From: Lama guanicoe | Taxonomy: Eukaryota | Assembly: GCA_013239625.1 (NCBI GenBank) | Contig: MU053652.1 | Coordinates: 4,019,902 to 4,083,901, forward strand | Length of the DNA: 64,000 nucleotides | Direction: 5' to 3' | Shown: in pieces, positions 28,031 through 44,201 of the stretch | Position numbering within the stretch: position 1 is the first letter of the stretch | Layout of the letters: each line of letters begins with the position of its first letter | Notes under the pieces: model-generated | Database searches by the model: none | What the model was told of the DNA's origin: nothing | What the model saw: only the letters and a program-made list of their open reading frames with translations | Made by a program: the position numbers and the translations under genes

Positions 28031-28749
28031 GTTTGAATCAGTATCTTTATCAGTATTCAAGCAGGTTCACATTTCTCTAAGTGAAAATGCTAGAATGGTG
28101 ATAGTTCCCCTATTATGTTGGAGCCCTGACTCAGACAAAGCCGACAACTGTTGGGGAAATCTGTGGGTTGATGGCGAGGGTGTGTGAGGAGTTGTAGGGC
28201 AGGAAGAACAGTTACGGCAAAATCTTTTATGCCATGACTCATCTATCCTGGGTACCCTCCTCTGGAGGGTTAATGGTAAAGACTAGGGGTGTTATCCAGG
28301 CTACAGACACAGGGACTTTGCAATAGTCCTCAGGGGCAGTGCTATTTCCATCCTGCTGAAGATGCCAAAACAATTTTAACGATTTTACCACTTTTTGAGC
28401 ACTTACTATGTGATAGCAGCTCTATCTGATGTCAGCCTATATCTGTTTTCAACCATTGCTTTTCAAAGGGAGAGAACTGCATGTGGAGATGGTAAGGGGC
28501 TATTTGTTCTCTAGCTCCCTGTTACTATTTTCACAGGAGTTCTAAATGTTAGCTTCTCTAATAGTCTCGGCTCTTAGAGCAGAACTCCTTGATCTTTGAA
28601 AGACAGGTGCTTGCAGTTAACAGCAATCTCTCGGGATCTGGGCCCCTCGGAGATAAAATGCGGCATTAACCAGGCCAGTCTTTGGAGCTACAAGGTTACG
28701 TGTTAGATGGCAACGTAGAGGAAAAAGAAACTCTCCTTTTGCATGCTTA

Positions 28750-28893
<144 letters not shown>

Positions 28894-29184
28894 TCAAAGC
28901 TTCTGGTAAAGCATGCCCACCTTTCCGCCCCCAAAAGGAATTTTGCTGAATAGATTCATGCTTAGGGAAAAATAAGAAAAACAAATAAATGAATGCAGTT
29001 CATAAACAAACTCCTAAGCCTTGCTTAGCACATGCATGTGCATAAGAACACCCACACTCACGATTTATAATCAAAACACAAGCTAAAAGAACATCACAAA
29101 CAGTGTACTGGAACAGTCAGAAAATCAACTTAAGAAAAAAGAGCAAAAATATAAAGGGAAAAAAGAAAGACTGTATTTTAATCA

Positions 29185-29574
<390 letters not shown>

Positions 29575-31859
29575 CTAATGACTAGAAAGGAAGGTTCAAT
29601 AAAATATGTATTTTCTTACTCCATGCTATCCAATCAATTCCATCTATATGAGGCTTTTTTTCTTTTTTTGCCCCCTTGTCTTGGGAGTGGTGCAGAAGGG
29701 AAGACACTTTAGACCACAAAGTAACTTTTAAACATAACAGCAATACGTATTTATTATATAACATTTGGAATACATAACATTTATAAATAAAGATACAAAG
29801 AAGTAAAAAGACTGTAATTTTAATTTAAGGAGGTGACAAAGCTCTGTCTTAATGTAAACATTCTACCTTACTGAATTAGACACATAAAACACAACACTGA
29901 TAAATGAGTCCTACATTGTTAGTATCAGAATGGCCAATAAGTCCCACAGTAATTCACCAGGGAGGGTAACAGGCAACAAGGTGGAGAAGAGCCTTGAAAC
30001 ACACCAGCACTGACTACGTGAGGTAGTGAGTTTTCTAGGCCGAGTCCTTCTCAGACATGTTCTACTTCTTAGTCTCTGATTCTCTAAGAAGTTAGAATAA
30101 ACGTCCTTACTGTTATTTTCAGGGTCTCTTGGAAGAGGTTGTAGGAGCAGTTTCCCTTCAGGTTTAGTTGGTCTCCCTTCTCTAAGGAAGCCTCAGGGAG
30201 GCAGAGAAAGTTTTTAATTACAACCAGCCTATTCTGAGATAGACAGTTCCAACAAATATCTGTGGGTTTTTCTACTCATTTATCTCTCTGTTAAATATCT
30301 ATAAATGACCCAAAAGCAGAGTAGAAATCCTATCTTTTTACTGATCTGACAACTCCACTCACTAGACCTAGTATAACTCCATGAACCCCAATAAAACTCA
30401 GTAAATATCAATTGAGCGTAGAGGCAATTTTTGTTGACTGAAGAGACTAAGTCTGGCTGGGCTGCCACCACACTCAAAAGTCAGGGCTTAGAATGGTCCT
30501 GGACTGGCTAAACACTGCAAGGAAATCAGTAGATCATATTTCTGAGCCTCCTTTACTTTGCCTACCCTCAAGCCTTTCTGCCTCTCTTCCCAAAAGAAAA
30601 TGTGACTCTCTTTGTGATTACAAATGCCTGTGCGGTGGAAAGGAAACATCATCAACACTGCGGCTCTGCAAACAACAGGCTGACAGACCTGGATGGATTC
30701 CAGTTAGGCAGTGATTTCCTTGTGATCTTAGGGACCCAGATCTGCCTCAGGGTTCAAGGATAAAGGGCAGAAAAGACCTCAGTCAAGGAAGGACTTTTTG
30801 GGGATAGGAGGGGAAGCTGTCTGCTGGTGTATGAGAGTCACACCAAGTCTCTGGCTTCTCTCTTTATTCTTTTGGTCCCAGGACCTCTAGAAGAGTTTCT
30901 GAAATACAATCTATTTTACGAGCTAAAAATCATATCTGGGATTTCTGGTAAATCCTTTATCTCCCTACCAAGTGGAACCTCAGTCTCTAGAAGGCTGCAG
31001 TTGCCCTGCTTTTTGGCACCGCAGACCAATTACAGAAGTGTCCTCCAGGAACGAGTGGGGCCATTCTCTCAGCTTATGGTGTAGTATGTAACCAGCTCAG
31101 AGCTACAGAAGCTCAAGCCCTTCCTCATTTGGACCCTCTATTTTGCAGCCTTCTCTGGAGCACACTTTGCCTGTTCTTTAACTTCTACTATCAACTCCTC
31201 TGAGAGGAAAAACTACCCGTGACCCAGTTGGAAAGCTTTTCACCGTCTGAAGGTGCCAAGGATCTCTTACTACTCAGCAGTAAGTAGATGGGTGATGTTT
31301 TCCTGTCTCTCCATTAACCTTAACCCCTGTCTACTGCTTCCATTTTACTCTCACTTTCATACATCTGATATTAAAGTAGCTTTCTTATCCACAGGGTAAA
31401 TGCTGCTTAGGAGGGACTCTGTCCATGTTTATGAGCTATCTTTATGCATCTTTTACAAAACTTAAGATTAAGGAAGATTTTAAACTCACAGATTTGGGAT
31501 GTGAAAAATCTAAAAGAAACTTAGTTGTGAATGAGTAAATATTTTTATGAGTATAATACCCAGATCATTTATCAGGTGCAAAGCTGTGCATCACAGTAAC
31601 AGTTATATGGGTACAGAACTGGGGACAGTTCATAAACATACTGATGGATTGGGAACTCAAATGTCCAATCTATCTTATAATATCATTGACTTTACACGAG
31701 TAATAATTAGCAATAGTTTGAATTTGCATTCAATACCTCCCCCAACCCTGAAAAAAAAAAAGATTTCAAAGCAAAAGTCTTCCTGCTATGATCTAACTTA
31801 ATCCTAGAAGTTACTGTACAGGGTTCTGGAAAGAAGGGCAAGTGAACTAACAATGACCA

Positions 31860-32030
31860 GGATTCATACCTTATCTCATCTAATCCTCACAGTAACCCTA
31901 TGAGGTAGGTCTTACTGTCACCATTTTACAGGTGAGGAAACAGGCACAGAGAGGTTAAATAACTAGTCTGAGGCTTATAAATGATACAGCCAATCATCAA
32001 ATCAAGGTCCTTCTTGCTCCAATGCCTGTG
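31860..32030 (-). mobile_element. MIR SINE
   Basis: tcctcacagtaaccctatgaggtagg...ccattttacaggtgaggaaacaggcacagagaggttaaataact. Confidence 0.8.
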
Positions 32031-32570
32031 GTGTTGAACACTGCCTGGGGTCCAGACTAGTAATGGGACCCACAGGCTCTTCCTCCCCTTTTCTGTTAAC
32101 CTATACATGATGGAAACCATTTGACTTGGCAATATTCTAAACCAACTTAATGGTTTCATACAGAGAATTACTGAATCTTCCTAGCAAGTATGAAGAAATA
32201 TTAGGACACAAGTGTAGAAACAGAAACTGGGCACTGGAAGAACAGAATATTTGGTATAGTATATCTAAGTGGATTTTGTCAGACTTGCAGTCCTTACAGA
32301 TTTGAAAAACTAGAAAAGCCTCTGGGAAATGACTCTTTGCTCACTATAATTTCCAGATGGCCAGAGAACTCTATGACAGTGGAGGTTAACAACAGACAAC
32401 ATGACCTAGAAGAGGAACACCAGGAACCTTCTCCTAAACCACCAAAGATACTTCCTTGTTTATAACAACTTTAGTTACTGACTCACAGCCTTGATAGGGT
32501 CACAAAGTGAAAACTCTGCCATCAATAGATAAGGGCTGCTCTGACTTTTTAAGTAAAATAGATTTGCTGG

Positions 32571-32670
32571 TAATAGAGACAGCAATGGTAGCTCTAGGTT
32601 ATAAAATATTGAGTATGATATAATAGTGACAGCAATGGTAACTTTGGGCTATAAAATACTGAGTATGATG
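32571..32670. repeat. Tandem duplication, 2 x 50 bp
   Basis: Units 32571-32620 and 32621-32670 differ at 7 of 50 positions. Confidence 0.9.
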
Positions 32671-32782
32671 TGGTGACAGATCCAGAGGTGCTACACAAAT
32701 CATTTCCAGAAATAACCCAAACCGAAAAACTTAGAACCTCAATTCAACAACTTAAGTTCATCCCACAGATAATAAAAGATTA

Positions 32783-32950
<168 letters not shown>

Positions 32951-33958
32951 CTACCATCAGTTTCATATCAAATTCAACAAATAGGTTAATTGAACAGGCA
33001 TGAGACACGACTCGTTTCATCCTATTAGATGTATGTAGAGAAATAAAGAATACCTTTCCAGAGCCTGTATATGCCTTAGAAATAAAGACTTTAGTCAAAA
33101 GGCATGTGGGAAAATCTTTGACCCACCCCTAAATTTTAGGGATTAAAACATGAAACTTTAAACTATTTATTAATTTTATTTCCCTTTTTAATTAAAAAAG
33201 AGTAACTGTTAGTACAATTTTAATTCCACTCTCTAATGCAACAATTTTAACTTTCAAGTATCGTTTGAAATTTTATCATTTCAATACACACACCTATAAA
33301 TATATGTATCTGTGTATGGGGTTTTATTTAAATTGAGTCAACTAAAAATTAGAGCCAGGTGTTTTATTCAAAATTCATCCCTTTCTAAGAGTCTGAAAAT
33401 ATGGCATAATCCATAGTTTTATACATTCAAAAAGGTCATAAGATATTAAAGCAGTGATGGTAGCGTATTTAGATTTTACTTCCCTAAAACTTTCATACTT
33501 TCAGATCTTTCTGTATGAATAATAGTAAACAGAAATGATTCCAGTTTTACTCAGGGAATTATTGCTCATTTGAGGAAGAGAATCCTAAATCCTTGCTCTC
33601 TGTGCGAGAGTGTAAGCTCTACAAGGGCCCAGGTTTTTGTCCCTAGCATGGTTCCTAGAGCAGTTTCCGATTCATTGCAGAAGTTCAACAAATATCTGTG
33701 GAATCAAAGAATTCCCCTCAAAAGGACAAGCACTCATTGCACCAAAATGACGAGAAAACAGGAGGACCATACTTGTTCTCCTATCCACCCCCTCTCTATT
33801 TAGGTTTGTTGTGTTAATTAAAAAAACAAGTATGTAGACTCGGATATCATTATCTCAGAGCAGGTTCCAATTTTTAACATAATGTATTCTATAGGTATGG
33901 GATTGCAAGAATATATATCCAGGCTGCATAAAACCAGGCATGCCCATGTCAAATCTTA

Positions 33959-34090
<132 letters not shown>

Positions 34091-36655
34091 TTACTTACTT
34101 TGCTGAAGGCTCAAGGCTTCCAGTGCTTCTCTGGGTCTTGTATCCCAGTTCCTACTTGTCAATTTACAGATATTTCAAATTTCTCAAATGGTTATGCAAA
34201 GTAACTTAAGGCCAGTATAATAACCAAACACTTGTTTCACTGGAGAAAAAGACACTGAGGGTGAAAGGCAGACTGTATTTCTCACAGCCAAATGAACTTC
34301 CCAAATGACACACCTGCTAGATCAAAATATACAGCAACACGATGAAGACTTTCTTATAGACTAACAGCTTGCGTGGCTGTCTAGAGCACGAGCTCTTGAA
34401 TGTACTGTCGATAGTCAGAAAGCCTAAACTTAGTATCAGCACATTTATATTGGTTAAATTCAGGACTTTAAATATGCTCAAACCTTAGTTTAAATCCAGC
34501 CACATAATTCATCTTCCTCCTAGAACAATGACTTATAAAACTGTATTCATTAATCCTTTACTTCTCCCAAAGTTCAGGCGCTCTCCTACCCAAAATGATC
34601 AGGCAGCACTGGAGGGTTCTGCCTAGTGCAACCTCACACTCTCAATAAACCAAATTAAAAATAACTAGGGAACTGTGCAGCATGTAGGTGTGCAAGCATG
34701 CCTCTGAACAGCTCATCACTATTTCAGGTTGGAATTAAAGATAAACACAATGCTGTGCCTACTGAAGCTTTCATCAGCAGAGGAAAGTTTCTGAATTATA
34801 AATAAGCTAAAGAAAGACCAGCCTAGAATACTATTAGGCAGTAGGCTGTGGCATTTCAGCCCTTCACCTAGCTGTTAGAAATGCTTGGCAGGGCTTTCAA
34901 AACTGTGACACCCACCCTCCTGAAAAGACCCACAGGACTGAGCTGCCCTCTACTGACATGCACCCATTTTGCAGTCCCAATTATCAACTCTACTGCAAGT
35001 GCCAAGGATGCCACCCTGGACCCCTGAGTACATAAAACCTCCAACCTCATGTCCACCACCTGATCTCTTTTTTTGCTCCTGCTCTTGTTGTTGATCAATT
35101 TTTTTGTGACTCCACTAAACCTTATTTGAGAGCAGGGATCGAAGGCAGGACTCTTAATAACTCTTCCACTTGCTCCATAGTGTAAGTTAGTGCTCCATTT
35201 TCTCCCAGTAGAAACCTCAGAACAGATGCCCTAAGAAATGGAAAGGCTCCTCTGAATTCCTCTCTCCCTTTTTACATGTATGAAATCCCTCGTGGAGTTG
35301 CCCCTTGCAGTCTCTGATCCCTAGCCACATAGATGATCAGAGACAAAAAAGACTCTGTCTTAAATCTCCCTATTCTTGCCCACATTTCCCTTTTAACAAA
35401 GGTATCTACAGGCAGGTAGTTGCCATCTCCAATATTTATTTGATGAATATAGTCCGTAAGTCTCACCACGTAATTCTAACGCAGAAAATTTTTGTCACCA
35501 GGGAATCTTCCTGAGGTTGGAAAGCAAGTAAAAGTACTATATTTTGACAGGCTCCAAAGAGATATGGGCCCTGTTTTCTGGGGTCACAGTTGTTATCCTT
35601 GTCTTACTCTCTCCGTCAACCTTTCTAGCAGTCTGGGCTGCTCTACAGTCTGTAAAAGCTCTCTGTGTACGATCCCCTGCCCTCCCCATGTTCATCACTA
35701 TAACATTAATGTTTTATTTCCAGTAGAAGCCCCCTGGTATGTCTTCTTTAGCTTCTGCCAGTCACACTCTCTTCTGTCACTGTTAAACTCTACTGGAATG
35801 AGCGGACTCATCCTACAGCCGACCCCTCCTTCCTTTCAGGATTTGAAGGCTTTGACCCAGCTTCCTCAAACCAGCCCTTGGTGCAACGTGTCCTGGATCA
35901 CAGAATCGAGAAAGATTCTCTCTGTTGTGTACCAGGTGAAGCCTGCTCCGCTGTCTTTAGCAGCGAACAGTAGTTGGACTAGAGCTTCAAGGATTCTTTG
36001 TTTCAGTCGATTCCCTAATTTCTCCTCTCACTCAAATGCAGAAAAGTTTGCAAAGTAGGAGCGCATCACACTTTGTGCAGCTTTTTGCTTCTCTTTGTGA
36101 CTCTAATATGCTATCAGCCTTCAAGAACTTAATCTTAAAAAAAAAAAGAAACAAAAGTAAAAACTAAGCAAAAGTAAAAAACCCAAAATTTTGCCAGTCA
36201 TCTTTCTTAAAGTGAGGAATGAATAAAGAGAAGAAATTTGAACTTGTAATCCCTTCAGGTTTACTATAAATTAAGCATGTGATTCTAGAAAGCTAAGTAC
36301 CACAGGAGCTGTGTGCGCGTGTGTGTTTTAATCATTGTTGTGGGGAGCACGGTAGGGGATGGTAACTCATTAATCGTACTTTTTGACCAGTCATGTGTGA
36401 ACCCTGAGCAGTATTCTAATGTTGCTGATGAATGTGAGTGCTTCTAAGAGCAGCATGACAATTATAGCACTTTGAGGCTACAGAGAGGTTTAATATTCTT
36501 GGGATACTCTAAGCATAAGTGTCTGCTGGAAGCTCAGGTACATCAGATAGAAAAGGAAGCATTTACCTTCCTCCCTGTTGGGAAACCCTCTCCCAGACCA
36601 TCTCCTCCCTCTCTGTACCCTCAGGCCCCTACAGAATTGTGTTAGCAGAAATCTA

Positions 36656-36784
<129 letters not shown>

Positions 36785-38134
36785 TTAAGGCCTGAAAAAA
36801 GGGCTGACCCTAAATTCTGGCAAGAAGATGCCAGTTTCTCCCAATTCCAAACTCTCTCATTCTGCTGTACTTTCTGAATTGACTTTCTTCACTGATTAGT
36901 ATCATCTTCAGCTCCTCCACCCACTCCTTTGTCTTTGGTGGTCATTTTGTTCTTGTTAGACCAAAGAGGACAAGCAAAGGGGACAAGAATATGATGGATT
37001 CTAAAAATATAACTAAAGGCAAAAAGAAGAAACCAGAAATAAGTACTTCTTGATCCAGTCCAAATGGAATTCTCACCATTTCCCACCTACATTTTAATCT
37101 TTCTTGCTTCTATGCTTTAGTCAGAAATTTAAAAAGCTTCTGTGCTTTTCTTCATCAGGAAAGTTCTTAAACTCTTCTCCCTCTGCTAAAATGTTGTTAT
37201 ACTTCATGGCTCAGTTAAGTGTCATGTTCCTAATGAAGCCTTATTAACTCAGCTGGAAGTAATCTCTCTTGGACTCTGAACTTATACAAGCCCCTGGTTG
37301 GTATACTTAACGTGGGTTTATGACCTATTGTGGCATTCTCACAAATGCCCTTGTATTATCATTATTTATATAGATGTCTTTTCTCCTTAACCACAACATA
37401 TGATTCTGAGGGCAAAGACACTGTCTTATTTGTTCTTATATCTCTTAGAGTAAGTCAATAAGCATTTGTTGAAAAAAAAAGAGAAATGAATGTGTATGTA
37501 CAATTAATTGGACTATATATTTCTATTTGTGTATTTTTCTATACATATATTTTATACATGAATAAAAATTTTACAAATGAATAGAGCTTTCCCAGAATTT
37601 ATCAAGAGCTCTGAAGCAAGTATTTGGTATCTTGACCTGTGCTGTGCTACCAGAGAGTAAAGGCAAGAAACTGCAAAGTCTAAATTTCTCTTTCTCTCTC
37701 TCTCTCTTTTTTTTTTTTTGTCCTTCAAGTGTCAGTGGCTATTGTGATCAAATATTAATCTGCCAGGTCAAGTCCTGTTTACTGCTGAAGCAGAAGCACC
37801 AAACATTAAATCAGGGCAAACTGCTGAAAAGCCAGGAGGACCACAAAACTATGCCTGAAGCATTTTCTTTTTCAGTCCATATGACCTTAGACAGAGAATA
37901 GTGTTCTCTGGTGCTCTAATATTAACCAGTCAAGGCAAAGCATTAACTAATAATGGAAGATTAGACATAAGACGATATTTGCAACTGTAAAGTACACAGT
38001 TGCCTCAATCATATTTAACAAGAGAAGCCCAGAAAGAGAGCAAGTTCATCAAGAATATGGATTCATTTCTTCCAAAACAGCTTTTACATGGCAACTTTCC
38101 TTAGGGATTTATATGGCAACAATGGAACTTTTTA

Positions 38135-38284
<150 letters not shown>

Positions 38285-38589
38285 CTATATTAAAGAGAAT
38301 GCTGGAGATGAGCAGGCACGGGCCAAACAATTGGTCAAGGAGATTAAGTTTATATATCTGACAATGAGAAAGTACATTAGGAATAACTAATGTGAATGAT
38401 TTTCAAACTGTGCTTCACAGAAACTTCAATACCCTGAGAAAAGGGCAAGGGTAGGGCGCAGGCAAGGAGGAAGGCTCCAGCTGAGCTCTGTGCTTCTACT
38501 CATTTAACATATTGGGCCTCCCTGTAAGATTTAATTAAACCAAGGATTTCAGAGCCAAAACATTTTTTTAAAACCAATTTATAGTTCTT

Positions 38590-41000
38590 CTTCTTAAGAG
38601 GTAGAAAGCTGCAGAAGCTTCCACCTAACAACAAGAAAAAATTGGACAGTCTACAAAACCATAATTTTTCTTGAGCCCATCAAAAAGCTGAGGTCATAAT
38701 GCAACCAAGGAATTAAACTCTAAAGAATGACAAATCCCTTTAAGGAGAGAAGGTACACCGTTTCACCTCTGGCAGAGCAAGGGAGGCTGCCACACAACAG
38801 GTTAAGGAAAAAGTAGCTAAAATTTTAATGAATTAGTAAGGGCTGGGAAAGTATGTCAGTTTGTAACTTCTGGTCACCTCAGACCCAAGGAGATTTCATG
38901 CTCACGTGCCAGCTCTTTTCCAGGGGCTTCAACCAGGACTCACGTGAAAAACTGCGGGCAGGGAGCTGATTGTCTGTGCTCTACGATAAGCATGAAACCT
39001 GGGCACTTCCCCACAATCTCCTCTCACAGGAAGCAAAAGTTTTAAACTGTAGGAAGAGGAGCAGAAATTATGCCTGCCACCAAGGACCAGGCAAAGATCC
39101 CCTGCTTCTGAAAGAGTTAGTAGCAAAAACTCTCTGTTCCTGGGGGAGTGGTGGAAAACCCTCTTGGGTCAAGGACTCTACGTTAATACAAAATAAAGAT
39201 CTGCTACCTTTCCAGGAGGGACAGGAAAGTATCTCTGCTCGAGACCTATCATCAGATACAAGGCAAAGATTACTGTTACAGGGAGGAGAGGCAGGAACGC
39301 TGAAAAAGGCCTACCTTCAAGAGGCCTGCCTAAGACTGAGGCTGGATCAGAACCCCACCTGCCCACACTATAAGCCCAGCTTCAGGAAACAAGGAGCAGC
39401 CGTCTCCTGCTGCAGGTGGGGCAGGCACTTGAAGAGAGAGCCCCCGTGTGGCAAGCATTTGCAGAAGCAGCTGAAAGCCTCAGGGTGAAGCCAAAACACT
39501 CAAGAGCCCCTGGCTGGAGGAATTTGAAGACTACGGTGCAGGACAAAATTGAAATCCAGCCCAATTTATGACAATAATGGAAATGAATATACCTATTCAA
39601 TGTAAAATTTCTAGATACGCGAAAAAAGTGGGGAAAAAACCCCAACCTATTGTCCAGAAAGAAAGTATTCAAGAGAACCAGACTCTGAGATTAGTGAGAT
39701 GTTTGATCAAGACAGGAACTTAAAATTAACTATGATTAATATGTTAAGGGGTCTAGTGAAGAAGATGAACAGCATCCACAAACAGATAGGGAATTTTAGC
39801 AGAGAGATTGAAAGTATAAAAACAAGTCAAACAGAAATGTCAGAAAAAATTTTTTTTAATGTGTCAGAGATTAAGAAGTCTTTCATTAGGCTTATCATCA
39901 AACTGGGCATATTTGAGGACAGAGTGAACTTAAAGATAGATCAATAGAAAGTATGGAACTGAAATACAGAATAGAAAAAGAATAGGGGGGCAAAATCAGA
40001 AGAGGGCACCTGGGATCTATGGGATACTATCAACGGTCTAACACACAGGTAATCGGAATGCTAGAAGGAGAAGGAAGAAAACAGGGCAAAAGATATATAT
40101 GAAGAGCTAATGGACCACCATTTCCCAAAATTAATGAAAGAGGATCCAGGAACAATGACATCCCAATAGCGAAGAGCCTCAGAAGCCAGACTTAAGGGGC
40201 TCCCCTTGGCCAAAATTGGAACAATTTGAGCATCATAATAAATAATTATAGTAATGGATTTAACCTATTAAATAAAAGGAAACAATGATTCTATACAAAT
40301 AAACAAGTGAGTGAATAAATGGAAAGTCTGATGAAGAACAGGATATTTACACAGTTTTGTATCACTCCCTCACAAAATACTTATTAATTACAAAAGAGGG
40401 AAAATAACTTTTATAATAGAAAAGTCTGGCAGACATCACCTCCATCAAGGGATCAAAATGAACATCAGTTATGGGACAAATCAAGATCAAGTGCCATCTG
40501 ATAGAATTAAATGAAGAAAAAAAAAAAGCAGCATCATTTCCTACCAAAGCTACATACCCTGAAACTAGTCATGAGGAAGCATCATAAAAGTCTGAATCAA
40601 GGACATTCTACAGAATAATTTGTCTATAATCTTCAAAGTGTCAAGGTCATGAAAGTCAAAGAAAGACTAATGAACTACGCAGCCCTGATGGAGACCAAAG
40701 ATGATGACAATTAAATGAGACCTATAACTATGGACTGGATCCTTTGGTTATAAAAAATATTCTTGAGACAATTAGTAAAGCTCAAATGGGGTCTGAGAAT
40801 TAGATGGCAATAATGAATCAATGTTAATTTCCTAATTTTGAATGACTGTCCATTCAAATAGAAGCATATCCTTGTTTGTAGAAAATACACACTGCAGTAT
40901 TTGTGGGAGCATCATCAGGTTGGCAACTTACTCTCAAACAGTTGTATTTGCTACTTTTCTATAATCCGTATTTATTTCAAATTTTTTAAATTATTAAAAT
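38590..41000 (+). mobile_element. Ancient L1 remnants: 5' region, decayed ORF1 (about 39690-40140), L1MC-like 3' UTR
   Basis: ORF 39699-39947 (MINMLRGLVKKMNSIHKQIGNFSREIESIK) looks like an L1 ORF1 coiled coil; ggccaaaattggaacaatttgagcatca typical of L1MC 3' ends. Confidence 0.65.
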
Positions 41001-41059
41001 AAAGTTAATCCACTGTGACTTACTTTTACTTCAATATATAAGATGGAGATAGGCTTCTT

Positions 41060-41215
41060 CTTTTTCTAATTAACTTTTTTATTTTTAATTTTTATGGGGG
41101 GAAGTAATTGCTTATTTAATTATTTGCTTATTTTTAACAGAGGTACTAGGAACTGAACCCAGGACCTCGTGCATGCCCAGCACTCTACCATTGTGCTATA
41201 ACTGCCCCCCACACC
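41060..41215 (-). mobile_element. tRNA-Ala-derived SINE (camelid vic-1-like)
   Basis: gaacccaggacctcgtgcatgc...ctctacca; TSD AGA(T/C)AGGCTTCTT at 41047-41059 and 41216-41228. Confidence 0.85.
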
Positions 41216-42627
41216 AGACAGGCTTCTTTTTAAGAAGGTAGTATACCACCTTACTTCTTTGATTAAGAGCTATTTTAGTGAGAATAAAGCTTTAGTGGAA
41301 AAGCTTGTTTTAAAACTTCCTGACAGCAGTTAACTTTGGGTACTGATAATTTTCATTTTAAAATAAAAATTCTAATTAAAAATATGCTCTAAATAAAAAA
41401 AAAACTTGCAAATAACTCCACTAATGTAGGCTAATCCCTTATGTAATTTGTCCAAGGCCATATAGTGAGTTAATAGCAGAATTACTCTTATATCTTAATT
41501 TCTTTATCTTTCAATATCTGATCCCAGTTTTTCTCTCTTGTTTATTCACTTTAAAGAATTTCTGAATCCTTACAACTAGGATTCATGAATTTGTTAAAAA
41601 AAAAAAAAGAGAATGATACTGAGACTTGCCTACAAAGCAATATAAATTAACTAGAAAAGTGTCTGGAACCAAGACTGTAAGAACAGTTTAAAGAACTATG
41701 AGTCAAGGCTTCTGGCTAACGGCTCAAGCAGGAGTAAAGGCAAGTGGTAGTGGGGGGAGGACAGAGCTTAGAAGCTGGTTTAGCCCAACTTTAAATCATT
41801 ACTGTTTCAGAAGAACAGATAAGGAATCTGGTTAGAAGGAACTATGGAAACACACCTAAAAGACAAAAAGATCCAAGTCTAAAAAACATGAACAGGGACT
41901 GTTAACTATGAAAGTTATTCCTGGAGCACGAGATTATAGGAAACTTTGTCTTTCTACATTATAGATCATGGCAATGCTTGAATACTGTAAAATGAACATG
42001 AACTACTTCTGTAATCAGAAAAATTAAAGACTAAAAGCAAAACAAAGCAAAATTCCTTTGTTATTATTTTTTTCAAAGGAAAAGGAAAAAAACAAATAAC
42101 CTTGAAGAGTGGTAATGTTCAGTGAGTCAGGGAGTAAAAAAGAAACTAGATATAATTTAGCAACATGAGACAGTACAGAAGTACTTACTATTTTAGGCCA
42201 CCACACTGAAGTCTCATGTCCCCGACTGGGGAAGCCCAAAAAAAGTTTCAAGAGTGTTTCTGCCTTGATTCATTAATCTATATTTCCAAAAAGAGATCGC
42301 TTTTCAATTTATTATACTAATTTTGGGCCACCAAGACACGCTTTTCCTCTGAGAACACGTAACCCAGAAAAGACTCACGGGGAAGATGCTAACAGTAGCC
42401 GTCTATGTCATGAGGAATCTTTGCCGTTGTTAACAAGGAATGTGGACACATAAGCGTTGTGCTTCAGGAGACAATCTTTTGAAAGTTGATCTAGCCATAC
42501 AAATGACTTGGATCTTATAAATCCTATAAGAGATTCCAGACCATTTCCTGATACAGGGATTTCTTGCAGTGGTCCTATTATGGCTGGCAACCCAGTATCT
42601 ACTACATCTTTGATGAAAACTCTAAGT

Positions 42628-43256
42628 CAGTTGTTTTCAACAGAGGAACTCTGAACTTTGTGGGGGTGTTTTTGGTTGTCACAATAATTGATACATATTT
42701 GGTTTAATCTTCAAATGTTTCAATGCAAAGTTCACATGAGTGAGAAACCTATTTATAATGATCTGAGTTAAGAACTTTATTCCACTTTACATATCAACAA
42801 AAGCATTGCCAAGAATGCAACAAGTGTGTAAATCAAGAGATAACTCATACTTTTTGTTGTTATTCAAAAATTTACAAAAAGTTGTTTATAATTTCAGAAA
42901 ATTATGCAATTTTGCAATATTGCTCTGATGCTCTGGAAACAGTAACACACTTCCATGTATATATATTTGTAGCTCTCTTGTTCAAATAGTGCTATGAGTA
43001 AATACAGATAACTGTGACCATTCTGCTATAGATGTACCCAAGCACTTAGATACTGAAATATACATAATTTGATTATAAATCACTTTCCTTTTATTCTTCC
43101 TTCATATTTCAGTAAGATTTTATGTTGATTTTTTTAAAGAAAATTATATGTACTTAGATACGTCATACTTGAATTTCATTTCAAGGTAATACAGGGGGAT
43201 TGCAAAATATTTTTTGTATAAAGGAGTCATTGAATTTGATAGAGGTGACAGCACTG
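42628..43256 (+). mobile_element. hAT-Charlie element, MER20B-like
   Basis: Begins cagttgttttcaac, ends ...cagcactg; tttttggttgtcacaat motif. Confidence 0.45.
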
Positions 43257-43269
43257 ATCTAAACTAATC

Positions 43270-43659
43270 ACGGTAACCCCAGTTCCTTTCCAGGACTGAT
43301 GGGGCATAGGATGTGATCCAGTCCTGCTCAATGACATGATAGAGTATCCTGGAGGACTTCTGGGAAAGGTTTCCTTGCTCTTGGAAGAGAGAGAAGAAAT
43401 GGTCCCTCTTCCTCTTCATGTCTGTCTGTGATGGCTTGAAGAGCTGTAACCATCTTGCTATTAGCCTGAGGATGAAGTAAGCACAGTGAGGAGACAGCTC
43501 CAAGAGCAGCACGAACAGATGAAATAGGAGCCCTGAGATTCTTCATCTGAAGTCCACCTTTCCTCTGGGCTTCTAGCTATGTAATTCATAAATTCCTTTA
43601 TGTATAATCCAGGTTGACTCAGATTTTCTCTTATTTGCAGCTGAAAGCAGCCTAACACA
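43270..43659 (+). mobile_element. MLT1-type MaLR LTR
   Basis: gacttctgggaaaggtttccttgctc, gtaaccatcttgct, ataaattcc, ttatttgcagctgaaagcagcctaacaca terminus. Confidence 0.7.
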
Positions 43660-43699
43660 GTTGCCTTGTAGAAACAATAAAGGAAGGGAAGATAAAGGG

Positions 43700-43935
43700 A
43701 AGCACTGCAGAAAAGTGAAGGAAGCATCAGCTTGGGAATCAGATGTATTGAAGTTCAAATGTCAGTTCTGTTGTTTACTAGCTGTACAACCTTGGACAAA
43801 TTACTTAAACTCCCTGAGCCTCAGCTTCCTCATTTATAAAATGGAAACAGGAAAACAGGCTTTACACAGCCATTATGAGGGTTAACAAAATAATACTTGT
43901 TAAGGTCTTAGCCTCTTAAACTAGTGCTTAAACTA
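43700..43935 (+). mobile_element. MIR SINE
   Basis: ttactagctgtacaaccttggacaaattacttaaactccctgagcctcagcttcctcatttataaaatgg. Confidence 0.8.
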
Positions 43936-43979
43936 GTTGGAAGCCCTTAATAGCCGGTGGCTATTATTAACTATTGTTA

Positions 43980-44201
<222 letters not shown>

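Noticed and set aside
35492..36058. 188-aa plus-strand intronic ORF
   Set aside because: Non-ATG start, no recognisable homology or retrocopy hallmarks
38970..39947. 172-aa and 82-aa plus-strand ORFs
   Set aside because: Fall in decayed L1 5' region/ORF1 sequence; not host genes
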